A stretch of DNA of 64,000 nucleotides from an uncultured Gemmatimonadales bacterium (GCA_963783305.1 CAWAMW010000015.1:64001-128000); one strand, 5' to 3'. Positions 43,064 to 53,792 are shown, numbered from the stretch's first letter. Translations and numbers: made by a program. Notes: generated by a model from the letters alone, not told the origin.

Positions 43064-45610
43064 CCCACACTCGCTGTATCCGCAGCTCAGGCACTTCACG
43101 CACCCTTCCGCGAACTGGAGCCCGCTGGAGCACTCGGGGCAGGTGCCGATGAAGGCGTCTCCCGGGTCGTAGTAGTCGGCCTGTGGCTTCGGCTGCGCGG
43201 CGTGCTTGGGCTGCGCGATGGGCGCGGGGGTGGCGGCGGGCGCGGCGGCGGCGCCGCCGAGGCCGAGCTCCTCCTGGATCCCTTCCTTCTCGTCCAGGTG
43301 CAGCTGGAGCACCTGTGCGATGGCGTCGGGCATGGAGAGGACCTTGTTGGGTCCGAACCCGACCGCGCGGTCGCAGGAGATGCCGCGGAGCTGCGTGACC
43401 ACGTCGGGCATGGGGATGCCGCTCCGGAGGGCGAGGGATAGGAGGCGACCGATGGCCTCGGCGTGGGCCATGGCGGCGCCGCCGGCCTTGCCGAGGGTGG
43501 CGAAGACCTCGAACGGCTGGCCCTCCTCGTCCTCGTTGACGGTGATGTAGAGCTCACCGAGGGGGCTCCGGATCTTGCGGGTGGTGCCGTGGAGCGCCTG
43601 GGGGCGGGTCCGCTTGTGGAGCCGCCGCTGGTGCTTGACCTCGAGCTCCCGGAGCGTCTTCTCCGTCTCGTCCAGCTCGTGGACCAGGCGGTGGTTCTCC
43701 TCGCGGGCGTCGGCCAGGGCGGCCTCGAGGTCGGCGGTCCTGGCGGACTTCTCGGTGGTAGCGGCGTCCTTGCCGGTCTTGCCGGTGCTGAGCACCTGCA
43801 TGGGGCGGCAGCCGTCACGGTAGACGGTGACGCCCTTGCAACGGAGCTCGTGGGCCTTGAGGTAGATCTCGCGGACGTCGTCCTCGGTGGCCTCGTTGGA
43901 GAAGTTGCACGTCTTGCTGATGGCGCTGTCGGTGTGCTCCTGGAAGGCGGCCTGCATGCGGATGTGCCAGTCGGGGGCCACGTCGTGGGACGTGACGAAC
44001 ACGCGCTGGACGGCCTCGGGCACCTCGTCGAAGTGGATATGGCCCTCGGCGGCGATGCGCTCCATCAGGTCCTCGGAGTACCAGCCCTGCTCGGCGGCGA
44101 TCCGGACGAAGTCCTTGTTCACGTCCGCCATCATGGAGCCCGCCTGGTTGCGCATGAACGCCACGGCGAAGAGGGGCTCGATCCCGCCGGAGCAGTCGGC
44201 GAAGATGGAGATGGTGCCGGTGGGCGCTACGGTCGTGATGTTGGAGTTCCGGAGCTTCCGCATGGGGCGGACGCGCTTGCCGTCGACCTTCGCGGCGGTC
44301 CTGTCCGGCCCCCAGATGGAGTGCTTCCAGGCGGGGAAGGTGCCGCGGGTCTCCGCCAGCTTCTCGCTGGCCACGCGGGACTCCTCGCTGATGAAGCCCA
44401 TGACCTGCCGGGCGATGTCGATGGCCTCGTCGCTGTCGTACGGGACGCCCACGCGGACCAGCAGGTCGGCCCAGCCCATGATGCCCAGGCCGATGCGGCG
44501 GATCGTCTGCGCCAGCTTCGTGATCTCGTCCAGCGGGTAGTTGTTGGCGTCGATGACGTTGTCGAGGAAGTGCGTGGCGAGGTGGACGGTGTTGCGGAAC
44601 TCGTCCCAGTCGATCTTCTCGTCGAAGGGCGCGTCGGCATTCACATCGTCCTTTACGAACATGCCGACGTTCACGCTGCCGAGGTTGCACACGTCGTAGG
44701 GCAGGAGCGGCTGCTCGCCGCACGGGTTGGTCGCCTCGTAGCTGCCCAGCTTCGGGACCGGGTTGTAGCGGTTGGCCTCGTCGATGAAGAAGACGCCCGG
44801 CTCGCCCGTGGCCCACGCGCCCTCGATGATCAGGTCGAAGATCTCGTTCGCGTCATCCGTCCCCACCACCTCGCCGTTGCGCGGCGTCTTCAGCTCGTAC
44901 TTCTCGCCCTTCTTCACCGCCTCCATGAACGCGTCCGTGATGGCCACGCTGATGTTGAAGTTGGTGATCTGCGTCACATCGCTCTTGCACGTGATGAAGT
45001 CCCGGATGTCCGGGTGGTCCACGCGCAGGATCCCCATGTTCGCGCCCCGGCGCGTGCCACCCTGCTTCACCACCTCCGTGGAGCCGTCGTAGAGCTTCAT
45101 GAAGCTGACGGGTCCGCTGGCCACGCCCATGGTGCTCTTCACCACATCGTTCACCGGACGCAGACGGCTGAAGCTGAACCCCGTGCCGCCGCCCGACTGG
45201 TGCACCAGCGCCATGCTCCGCAGCGTGTCGTAGATGCCGTCCTTGCCGTTCGACAGCGCGTCCTCCACCGGCAGCACGAAGCACGCGCTCAGCTGGCCCA
45301 GCGGACGCCCGGCGTTCATGAGCGTGGGGCTGTTCGGCTCGAACAGCCGGTGCGTCATCAGCCGGTAGAACTCACGCGCCAGCTGATCGACCCCGCCCTC
45401 GCTCGCCCCGTAGCTGGTGTCCACGTCCGCTATGGTACGCGCCACGCGCCAGAACATCTCCTCCGGCTCCTCGATGGCCTCGCCAGCCTCGTTCTTCTTG
45501 AGGTAGCGCTTGCCCATGATGATGCGGGCGTTCTCACTCATGTCCGCCCGAGGGAGGTCCTCGGGGAGCACGTCGGCCGGAGCTGGAGCGTCGGCGGGCT
45601 TCGGGGTCAT
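43061..45610 (-). CDS. nrdJ: Vitamin B12-dependent (class II) ribonucleotide reductase with C-terminal TSCPD-like and Zn-ribbon domains
   Basis: PNSPTLMNAG, QLSACFV, QGGTRRGANM, ATNPCGEQ (thiyl Cys), CNLGS, TVAPTGTIS, AISKTCN and KGVTVYRDG motifs; C-terminal CPEC...EGCVKCLSCGYSEC; no nrdB nearby. Confidence 0.95.
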   Translation of the reverse strand: MTPKPADAPAPADVLPEDLPRADMSENARIIMGKRYLKKNEAGEAIEEPEEMFWRVARTIADVDTSYGASEGGVDQLAREFYRLMTHRLFEPNSPTLMNAGRPLGQLSACFVLPVEDALSNGKDGIYDTLRSMALVHQSGGGTGFSFSRLRPVNDVVKSTMGVASGPVSFMKLYDGSTEVVKQGGTRRGANMGILRVDHPDIRDFITCKSDVTQITNFNISVAITDAFMEAVKKGEKYELKTPRNGEVVGTDDANEIFDLIIEGAWATGEPGVFFIDEANRYNPVPKLGSYEATNPCGEQPLLPYDVCNLGSVNVGMFVKDDVNADAPFDEKIDWDEFRNTVHLATHFLDNVIDANNYPLDEITKLAQTIRRIGLGIMGWADLLVRVGVPYDSDEAIDIARQVMGFISEESRVASEKLAETRGTFPAWKHSIWGPDRTAAKVDGKRVRPMRKLRNSNITTVAPTGTISIFADCSGGIEPLFAVAFMRNQAGSMMADVNKDFVRIAAEQGWYSEDLMERIAAEGHIHFDEVPEAVQRVFVTSHDVAPDWHIRMQAAFQEHTDSAISKTCNFSNEATEDDVREIYLKAHELRCKGVTVYRDGCRPMQVLSTGKTGKDAATTEKSARTADLEAALADAREENHRLVHELDETEKTLRELEVKHQRRLHKRTRPQALHGTTRKIRSPLGELYITVNEDEEGQPFEVFATLGKAGGAAMAHAEAIGRLLSLALRSGIPMPDVVTQLRGISCDRAVGFGPNKVLSMPDAIAQVLQLHLDEKEGIQEELGLGGAAAAPAATPAPIAQPKHAAQPKPQADYYDPGDAFIGTCPECSSGLQFAEGCVKCLSCGYSECG

Positions 45611-45650
45611 AACTCTGTCCTCTTCCTGGGGCTGATGGTACGAGCCGCTA

Positions 45651-45946
45651 CGTGGATAACTTCCGCTGTCGCGCTGAGATCGACAGGATCGCGCAGGCCG
45701 CTCCATGCAGCGGACGCCCCTTGGGGTCGGGCCGCCTGAAATGCGCTACATGTTGTGCGGGGTAAGGAACATGCCACCATATGTTGTGGGTGTCAAGGCT
45801 CCCTTTCTGCACACTGTTATACACTTCAGAAGGCGTTGGTTTCCCTGCGGTTTCGGCGGTTTTCCACACTCTCCACAGTCGCGGTTTCAACGATGCGGGG
45901 ACGCGGGCATACCGCGATCGGGGCCCCCGCCCCACATTGTGGACCA
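45651..45946. promoter_or_regulatory. Cluster of DnaA-box-like 9-mers
   Basis: TTTTCCACA 45860-68 (exact TTWTNCACA); TTATCCACG (minus, 45651-59); TTCTGCACA 45805-13; TTATACACT 45817-25; CTCTCCACA 45869-77; TGGTCCACA (minus, 45938-46). Confidence 0.6.
45744..45796 (-). promoter_or_regulatory. nrdJ promoter with two tandem NrdR boxes
   Basis: CGCTACATGTTGTG (45744-57) and CACCATATGTTGTG (45775-88) are 31 bp apart; minus TTGACA(45796-91)-N17-CATGTT. Confidence 0.8.
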
Positions 45947-45971
45947 TGGCTTTCCCCGATCCCGGATTCCG

Positions 45972-46799
45972 ATGACACCGAAGATCCTCGGACGCGTGCT
46001 CCACGCGTCCTTCAGGCCCGTGCTGCTGCTTCCCGCGGTGCTCCTGGCGCCGTCGTCCGCGAGCGCCCAGTTCGGGGCGGTGGAGGCGTTGGCGAGTCGC
46101 GTGTCCGACCTCGGTTTCTTTTACAGCCTGGGCGGGATCCAGAGCTCTCCCACGCTGCAGGGGGATGCGCTGGGGGTGAAGTCGTTCGGCGTCGAGCTGC
46201 TGTTCGAGGTGGCGGAGATCCCGTCGTCAGCGGCCCGCCGCCGGGTGGCGGAAACGGGGTCGTCGGAGAGCTGGGTCCTGCGGGAGACGCGGGTGCGGGT
46301 GGGGGGAGATGGCGTGGACACCACGTACCATTATGATGTGGTGCATGAGCGGGGCGGCTACGGCCCGGACGACATCGAGTGGACGCTGGAGCTGGGAATC
46401 GGGTACGGCCAGGTGCAGGGTCTGGAGCTGCGGGATGCGGAGCTCGACCTGAACGCGACGATCCGGACGCTCCCATCGCTGACCCTCTACCTCACGTACG
46501 AGCCGCTGGGCGCGTACCTGGGTCTGCGCACGGGGTTCATCCGGACGCACGCGATGCAGGTAAGGGACGCGGCGGGCACGTTGTTCGACGGCGAGGCCGA
46601 GGCGTTCATGATGGGTGGCCTGGGCGGGTATGCGCTGTCGCTCGGGCCGACGTGGCTGTTCCTGGAACTGGGCTATACCGAGCGCACGTTCCCCAGCGTG
46701 GAGTGGTCGGCGCCCGATGGACTGCCCGCCGGCGTGCCACGGGAGCTGGACGTGAGCGGCTGGGGCATCACGGCCGGGCTCCAGTTCCCGATCAAGTAG
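45972..46799 (+). CDS. Predicted small outer-membrane beta-barrel protein
   Basis: Signal peptide ending ASA-Q; alternating beta-strand pattern; C-terminal WGITAGLQFPIK. Confidence 0.65.
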   Translation: MTPKILGRVLHASFRPVLLLPAVLLAPSSASAQFGAVEALASRVSDLGFFYSLGGIQSSPTLQGDALGVKSFGVELLFEVAEIPSSAARRRVAETGSSESWVLRETRVRVGGDGVDTTYHYDVVHERGGYGPDDIEWTLELGIGYGQVQGLELRDAELDLNATIRTLPSLTLYLTYEPLGAYLGLRTGFIRTHAMQVRDAAGTLFDGEAEAFMMGGLGGYALSLGPTWLFLELGYTERTFPSVEWSAPDGLPAGVPRELDVSGWGITAGLQFPIK

Positions 46800-46837
46800 G
46801 AGGCGCGGCTAGCGCGGGTGCGTCGCGATCTCTTCCT

Positions 46838-47104
46838 TCATTCGGACCCTCCCTCGCTCCCGGTGCGGTCGGCGTCCTCGCGTGCGTCGCGGGCTCGCGC
46901 CAACTCGTCCTCGCGGCCCTCTTCGGAGGCCTGCCGTGACGTCTCCATGGCCTCGTTGGGCGTCTGACTGGTGGCCTGGTTCGCCGGCAGGTCTTCCGAG
47001 TCCGTCTCCCTGTCGACGCCCTCCTCGGACTTCCGCCGCCACTTGTAGTCGCTCGCACCCGAATCGTCCTGGTCGATCTGATACTGGTCGGGGCGCTTCG
47101 TCAT
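46838..47104 (-). CDS. Small acidic hydrophilic protein (88 aa)
   Basis: GGGAGG RBS; MTKRPDQYQIDQDDSGASDYK...; rich in D/E/S/R and likely disordered. Confidence 0.7.
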   Translation of the reverse strand: MTKRPDQYQIDQDDSGASDYKWRRKSEEGVDRETDSEDLPANQATSQTPNEAMETSRQASEEGREDELARARDAREDADRTGSEGGSE

Positions 47105-47206
47105 GTGTTCCTCCCTGGAGGTGGAAATCGTTGGCGTGCACACCTTTACGGTTCAGGAATCATGCCGTGGGCGACCGTGCGTGAAAGTTGCACAGGGGTC
47201 ACCGCC

Positions 47207-48400
47207 ATGAGAGAGCGAGCGGGTGCAGGAACGGGAGAGCGGCGCGTTGAAGTGGGCCGGGCACCATGGTGGATGGCCGCCCGGGCGGCCGTTCGGATGG
47301 CGGCGCTGGCGCTGCCACTGGCGGCGTGTCAGGGCCGTGCGGCGATGCTGGAGGAGCTGGTGGCGACCGACGACTGTCGGCGAACCGTGCTCCTGGGGCA
47401 GCCCGCCGAGGCGGCGGACACGCTGGAGTCGGACTCGGCGCGGCAGGCGCTGGCACGTGATCGGGCGGTGGACTGGCGGCTCCCCGCCGAGAGTCTGCAG
47501 GTAGTGCGACTGAACGCGTGGTGTGCGGCGGTGGGGCCGGCGGTGGTGGGCGGCTGGAGCGACACGGTCGGGGCGGCGGGGACGCTCCCGGTGGCGGACA
47601 CGGTGCGGCTGGTCAGCTGGAACGTGCATGTGGGCGGCGGTGACCTTCGGGGCCTGGTGAAGGACCTGCGGGAAGGCCGCCTCACCGGCGGCCGGCCGGT
47701 CGAGCACTTCGTCCTGCTGCTCCAGGAGGCGTACCGCGGGGGCGATCTGGTTCCGGCGCACGACCCGCTCGAGCCCAGCGGCTCGGGGGTAACGGAGGGC
47801 CCGCCCGGCGGCCAGCGGGAGGACATCGTCGCGCTTGCGAAGCGGCTGAATCTGTGGCTCGTCTACGTCCCATCGATGCGGAACGGCGAGGAGGAGGACC
47901 GGGGCAACGCGATCCTCTCCACGCTCCCGCTGGAGTCCCCGGTGGCCGTGGAGCTGCCTGTGGCGCGGCAGCGGCGGGTGGCGGTGGCGGCCCAGCTCTC
48001 CGGTCGCACCCGGGCCGGTCGGCCGTGGCGGCTGCAGGTGGCGAGCGTGCACCTGGAGAGCAGCCCATCGGGCTGGTCGAGCGACGAGGGCCAGCGGCTG
48101 GAGCAGGCGAAGGCGCTGCTGGAGCTGCTGCCGGGGGCGGAGTCGGCGGTCGCGGCGGGCGACTTCAACACGAAGACCCGGGGTACGGCGGAGGCGCTCA
48201 TCCGGCCCATGCTCCGGGCGTATCCCGACACCCCGTCCTTCCCGCCGGGCCCCACGTACCGCAGGGCGTACGGCCTGTACCGCGAGTACCTGGACTACAT
48301 CTTCTTCCGGCTCCCAGCGGACGCCGAGGGCGGGTACGATCGGGTGGCGCTGCCCTATGCGTCGGACCACTACCCGCTGGTGGGCTGGGTCGGCTGGTAG
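47207..48400 (+). CDS. Endonuclease/exonuclease/phosphatase (EEP) family lipoprotein; start uncertain
   Basis: LVSWNVH, LLQEA, GNAILS..P, SVHLE, AGDFNT, LDYIF and SDHYP motifs; lipobox LAAC. Confidence 0.88.
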   Translation: MRERAGAGTGERRVEVGRAPWWMAARAAVRMAALALPLAACQGRAAMLEELVATDDCRRTVLLGQPAEAADTLESDSARQALARDRAVDWRLPAESLQVVRLNAWCAAVGPAVVGGWSDTVGAAGTLPVADTVRLVSWNVHVGGGDLRGLVKDLREGRLTGGRPVEHFVLLLQEAYRGGDLVPAHDPLEPSGSGVTEGPPGGQREDIVALAKRLNLWLVYVPSMRNGEEEDRGNAILSTLPLESPVAVELPVARQRRVAVAAQLSGRTRAGRPWRLQVASVHLESSPSGWSSDEGQRLEQAKALLELLPGAESAVAAGDFNTKTRGTAEALIRPMLRAYPDTPSFPPGPTYRRAYGLYREYLDYIFFRLPADAEGGYDRVALPYASDHYPLVGWVGW

Positions 48401-48428
48401 GCGGCGCGTGCCGGGCCAGCGGCACCGC

Positions 48429-51400
48429 TCAGAACGCCGAGCCGAACGCCGCGTAGACCGAGGGGGTCCCGCCGTCCCGGGTCTCGGCCACCCCGAGGCG
48501 GAAGATCCCGCTCGCATTGTGGAACGCGCCGAAGTCCAGCACGAGCTCGGCGCCGGCCGACGCAAGCGGGCTCAGCGATCCGTCCGCACAGGCGTGGAAG
48601 CTCTCCTCGCGCTGCGTCTCGGAGCACCACGCGTCGCCGGCGTCGGCGAAGAGCGTGCCGGCAACGGACGTGAGGGAGAACCCCAGGATCCCGCCGGGAG
48701 CCGGCCGCAACTGGATCGGGAAGCGCCACTCGGCGCTGGCGGCCCACGCGCGGGTCCCGCGGCGCACGCCGGAGGCGTAGCCCCGGACCGGGAGGAAGCT
48801 CCCGTCCGGGGGGGTGAACGCGAAGAGGGGCGTCGAGCCGGTGGGCACCCCGCCCACGGACCGGGTGAACGCCTCATCGCCTTCCCGGAGCACGCCGGCG
48901 ACCCGCCCAGCGAGCACGTGGTCCGCGAAGCCCCACCCTCGGAAATCCAGGTAGGTCGCGAAGCGTCCGACCAGCTCATCGTACGCCCGTCCACCGGTCG
49001 TCGTGTTCCACCAGCGCCCCGCCGAGAACGACCCCGACACCCCGTCCTCGCCGCTGATGGAGTACGGGTAGCGGCGCGCGTTGGAGAAGCCGGGTCCCCC
49101 CGAGACGCCCACGGTGGGGTCGAACTGCCGGAGCTCCCAGCCGGCCGACAGCAGCTCCGCCGGGGTCATGTCGTGGGGCACGTTCTCGAGCCACTCCGCC
49201 TCGACGCCCATCCGGAGCCACCCCGTGCCGCGCCAGCGAGGCCGGACCAGGAACGCATCCAGCGACAGCTCGTCGGTCCGGCGATAGATCGCCTCCGCGC
49301 TGCCGTCGGTGACCTCGACGCTGCCCAGGTAGCTCCAGTCACGGCGCGCCTGCGCGGTCAGCTCCAGCGGCGCGAGCCGGCGGTAGGTCCACGACCCGCG
49401 CCCCTGGAAGCGGCCGCTGCCGAGCTCCAGCGCGGCGGCCAGCGACCAGGCGTGCCTCCCCACGAGATCCGCACCGGCCGTGCTCAGCCCCAGAAAGTGG
49501 TGCGAGCCGCCGGTCGTCGAGAACGACTGCCATTCGGGAAGCCAGAAGTACGGCCGCGCGGTCGGCCACGGCGAGTAGGGAGCGGCGGATCCCCCCGCCG
49601 CGGGTCCCGCCGCGGCCTCGCCCCCGGTCCGCGGAAGCATTCCGTCGGCGAAACCGAGCACGGCGTCCTCCGCCGCCGGCCACTCCCGCGGTTGCAGGGG
49701 CATGGCCTCGATCCGCCACCCGTCGTGGTGGTACACGGACGTGTAGAGGGTGCGTCCGTCCGGCGACACCTCGGGGTCGAACGCCCCCGTGAGCACGTTG
49801 GTGACCTGCCGGATGTCGCCGTCTCCGTCCATGGGCGCGGCGAGGATGTTGGGTATGCCCGAGCGGTCCGACCACCAGAGCAGCCAGCGGCCGTCCGGGG
49901 ACCACGCCGGCGACAGGTCGAGGGCGTCGTCGTCGGTGAGGGTCCGGACCGCGCCGGTCGCGACGTCCACCACCACCATGTCCACGCGTCCGCCGACATA
50001 GCGCCCGGCGGCGATGGTGCGGCCGTCCGGGCCCCAGCGCGGCCCGTCGAAGGCGTCGCCCGGCGCGGCGTCGGCGAGGACGCGTGTCTCGTGGGTCTCG
50101 AGGTCGTGGACGACCAGGCGGATCCCGCCCTCGTGGCTCTGAACCGCGGCCACCCGCGACCGTCGGGAGCCACGTCGGGCTGCGCGAGGCGAAGCCCGTC
50201 GGTGAGCCGGCGCTCGCGGCCGTCCAGGTCGAGTCGCCAGAGGTCGCTGTAGATCCGGTACGGCCCCTGCCGCTCGAGCTGCGCCACGATCATCCCCGAG
50301 CCGTCCGGGAGCCACGCGGCAGGCCCGAGGTAGGCGCCGAACTGGTTCCGCTCGGCCACGGTGACGGTGCGGCGCGACGAGAGGTCGGTCACGCGCGTGG
50401 CCGGGGGGAGCGGTAGTCGTCGCTGGCGAAGGAGAGGGCGCGGCCGTCGGGCGACACCCGCGGGGCGGCGGCGTACGGCCCGTCCCCCGCCACGGGCTCG
50501 GTGGTGGTGAGCCCCCGCGCGGTGAGGCGTTCCGCGACGGCACGGGCATCGGCGGTGGCCTGCCGCCGCCAGTCGTCGTAGATGGCGTCGAAAGGTCGCC
50601 CGAGGGCGTTGTCGGCCACGTGGTCGAAGAAGAGGAACGTGGGGCGGATCGATCCGCCGGTGGCCTCGATGAGGGCGCGGTGGGCATCGGGGCCATAGTG
50701 GTCGGCGATGTACGCCATGAGCCGTGAGCCGTAGCCGTAGCTCCGCTGTCCGCCCGGCCACGCGGGGTGCGGATCACTGAGGTGATCCAGGTCGGGGATG
50801 CGGGCTTCGAGCGCCGCCGTCCGAATGATCATCTCGTGGAAGCTGCCGGGGATCCGGCCGCCACCGGTGATCCGGGACTCGTAGTAGGTGGCCAGCCCCT
50901 CCACGTTCCACGCGGGCGACCCGGCCACGGGGAACACCGGCCAGAGCGCCGGCACGCGGCCTAGCACCGCGCGCACCGCCCCGCCCACCTCTCCCGTCTC
51001 CTCCAGGTGGAAGATGTGGACGAGCTCGTGGACCACCACCAGCTCCAGCCAGTCCCGGGAAAACGCCAGCTGCGGCACGCCCGCGGGCGGCCTGGCGTAT
51101 ACGGTGATCCGGCTGGAGGGGAAGTACGTGGCCATCCCGTTCGAGTAGTCCACGTGGTCGGTGATGAGCAGGTCGATACGGTGTGCCGGCGCGTTCCCGA
51201 TCTCCTCCCGGAGAAGGTCGTACGCCCGCTCCGCCGTGACGGCCGCCCTGCGCGCCAGCGGCTCCAGCTCCGGGGTGTAGGTGACGCGGAATCGCTCCGT
51301 GGAGAACGTGCGCCAGTCCGCGCCAGGGGGCGGGCTCTGCGCAGCGGCGGCCGCGGGGAGGAGGGTGAGGGCCACGGCGCACGCCACCAGCAAGAGCCCG

Positions 51401-51495
51401 TAGAACGTCCGTCGTCGCGCCAGCGGGCGCCGCGCGCTCAGCCGCCAAGGTCGGCCGCACGTCCAGGGGCCGGACGCCGCTCCAGCCCTACTCAC
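48429..51495 (-). pseudogene. Zincin-like (HEXXH) + TolB/PD40 beta-propeller + BamA-like barrel protein, split by two frameshifts
   Basis: Three consecutive frames join into one protein of about 1020 aa if one base is added at the G6 run 50403-50408 and one near 50157. Motifs: HELVH...EGLATY, PAWSPDGR repeats, VRGY...SAEWRFP...LFADAG, C-terminal F. Confidence 0.8.
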
Positions 51496-53599
51496 GGATC
51501 GCGCGCAGCCACGCCTCGATCCCCCGCACGTGGGCCTCCGCGATCCGTCGCTGCCCCTCCGGGCTGCCCAGGAAGGCCTCCTGTGCGGGGATCATCATGA
51601 ACGCGTTCTCGGTCAGGATCGAGGGGGCCCACGTGAAGCGGGCCTGGTGGAGGTCGGCGCGGCCGACCCCCAGGTCCCGGAGCCCCATCTCGGCCAGCAG
51701 CTCGCGCTGGACCGCCCACGCCAGCCCGGCGGCGCGCGGGTGGTTGAAATAGACGCTGGTGCCGTTGTTCTCCCACGGATTCACGCCGTCGGGGAAGGCG
51801 TTGTTGTGCACGCTGACCCACAGGTCCACGTTCCGCTCCCGCGCGAGCGTCGTGCGCTCCACGAGGGACGCGGTCTCGTCGTCGCGGCGGGTCATGACCA
51901 CCGTGGCCCCGCGCGCTTCGAGAAGCGCCTCGAGTGCCAGCGCGATGCCGAGGTTGGCGTCGGCCTCGGTCAGGCCGGTGGGCCCCATGGTATAGCGGTC
52001 CGCGCCGCCGTGGCCCGCGTCGACGCCCACGACGAGGCCCCGGAGCGGGTCGGACGCGTCGATGGCGGGCGGGCGCTTCACCCGCAGGACCAGGTCGTCG
52101 CCATCCGTCCAGAACGTTTCGTAGCCCCACGGCAGACCCGTGAGGTGGAGGTCCAGTCGGAAGAGCCGGTCCGATGGCTGTCTCCATTCCGACCGGTAGA
52201 TGTACGGGTCGACACGCCCGTGCTGGAGGAAGTTGGCCCGACTGGTGGCGCCGTAGACGAGGAGGGAGAGCGACCGTTCGTCCTCCTCCACGGCGTACGG
52301 GAGCCGCCGGTCGAGCGCGACGTGCACGTCGATCCACTCCGGCTGTGGGTCCAGCCTCACCGTGGCGACCCGCGAGGTGGGCGGCTGGGTCCCGGGCGGC
52401 TGGAGCCGGGTGTCCCCGGCCGGGGTCCAGGCGTGGAGGTCATCGGTCAGCCGAACGCGGTAGGCGCCGTTCCGCTCGCCCGTCAGCTCCAGTTCCACCC
52501 CGTTCCGCCACGTGTAGTGGTACGGACCGCCGCCCGGTCCCGGGCGCGCGATCACGTGCTGATCCCCATTCTCGTCCGGCGCGTCCGGGTCCCAGCCGGT
52601 GCCCACCCGCGGACGCTGGGGGTCGGCGAGCAGGAGGTTGAGCGGCAGGGGCACGACCGCCGTATCGCCTCGCACGGCGAGGACCAGGGCGGCGCCCGTC
52701 CCCTGGGGCCGAGCGACCGCGCGGCGGATCCTGGCCGCCGTGCTGTTCCCGGCCTCCTCGGCGCTCGCCGCACCCCGCGGTGCCCCCGCGGCGCGCTCGC
52801 GCTCCCGGAACTCGGACTCCCGCGGCAGCGACGGCCGGGGCTCGCCTGTGAGCGCCGGCCACGCCGTGGTGGTGTCACCGCTGAGGATGCGCCGCGCGGT
52901 GAAGAACCCACCGTACGCGGCCAGGCCTCCGGGGGCGGAGGGGTCGGCCGCACCGGGCTGTACCTCGAAGTCCGTCGCGCTCGGCGCCGCCGTCAGGGCG
53001 CGCTCCACCAGCGGGACCCGCTCTCCGTCCGCCAGCTCCAGCCACGCCCGTCCACCGGCGGTCCCGGTGAACGACACGTCGATCCTCTCGCCGGGAAGCA
53101 CGACCCACGCTCCCGCGGGGCTCGCTGAGGCGGGGACGATCCGGGCGTCGGCAGCGGCGGCCATCGGAGCCGTGGCGGGCGGCAGCTTCACCGGGACTTC
53201 CAGCGTCTGCTCCTGCCCGCCGAGCGTCGCCCGCAGCCGGTAGACACCGTCACCGGGGACGGGAATGAAGGCGAGGAATCCGCCGTTCGGCTGTACGTCC
53301 ACCGGCTCCCCATTGATCCAGACGCGGGCACCGCCATGGCCGGTCGAGCCGAAGATGAAGTTGCGGTTGCGCGTGCTGATGGCCGCGGAGTCCCGCGGAT
53401 AGCTTACCCGGAGGTCCAACGGGCCCTCGACGGCCGGGATCGGGGCCAGCGAAGGCGCGGGTGGCTGCGGCCCCACCTCTTCCCACCCCGCCGGCTGATC
53501 GGGGGTTCGTCCGGGGGCGGTGGCGCATGAGGCGGTGAGGGCCAGGAGGGCGGAGACCGCGAGGGCGGAGGGTGCGGATCGGAGCATGGGGCTATTCAT
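51488..53599 (-). CDS. N-acetylmuramoyl-L-alanine amidase (Amidase_3) lipoprotein with large N-terminal region
   Basis: Lipobox TASC; VDAGHGG, LTEADAN, VVMTR, VSVHNNA and PSILTE motifs. Confidence 0.9.
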   Translation of the reverse strand: MNSPMLRSAPSALAVSALLALTASCATAPGRTPDQPAGWEEVGPQPPAPSLAPIPAVEGPLDLRVSYPRDSAAISTRNRNFIFGSTGHGGARVWINGEPVDVQPNGGFLAFIPVPGDGVYRLRATLGGQEQTLEVPVKLPPATAPMAAAADARIVPASASPAGAWVVLPGERIDVSFTGTAGGRAWLELADGERVPLVERALTAAPSATDFEVQPGAADPSAPGGLAAYGGFFTARRILSGDTTTAWPALTGEPRPSLPRESEFRERERAAGAPRGAASAEEAGNSTAARIRRAVARPQGTGAALVLAVRGDTAVVPLPLNLLLADPQRPRVGTGWDPDAPDENGDQHVIARPGPGGGPYHYTWRNGVELELTGERNGAYRVRLTDDLHAWTPAGDTRLQPPGTQPPTSRVATVRLDPQPEWIDVHVALDRRLPYAVEEDERSLSLLVYGATSRANFLQHGRVDPYIYRSEWRQPSDRLFRLDLHLTGLPWGYETFWTDGDDLVLRVKRPPAIDASDPLRGLVVGVDAGHGGADRYTMGPTGLTEADANLGIALALEALLEARGATVVMTRRDDETASLVERTTLARERNVDLWVSVHNNAFPDGVNPWENNGTSVYFNHPRAAGLAWAVQRELLAEMGLRDLGVGRADLHQARFTWAPSILTENAFMMIPAQEAFLGSPEGQRRIAEAHVRGIEAWLRAIRE

Positions 53600-53792
53600 G
53601 ATCGCTGGACAATGGTCGGAAAAGGTCGCGTACGCTCGACAGGCGACTGCGAAGTTCGCGCCAGAGCACTCGCCGGTCCCCGAGGAAGGCGCCGCGGCGG
53701 GTGAACCGCCAGTACATGGTTCGGATGTTGCTTCGGCTCGGGTCGTTCGAGGCCGCTCACCGGGAGCATAACCCCCAGGGAACAGGAACCTC

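Noticed and set aside
43061..45610. Intein or intron in nrdJ
   Set aside because: The RNR motifs are continuous at normal spacing, with no splice-junction or homing-endonuclease motifs.
45611..45971. Cobalamin riboswitch upstream of nrdJ
   Set aside because: I could not recognise a B12-box or other core elements. The region is explained by the promoter, NrdR boxes and DnaA-like boxes.
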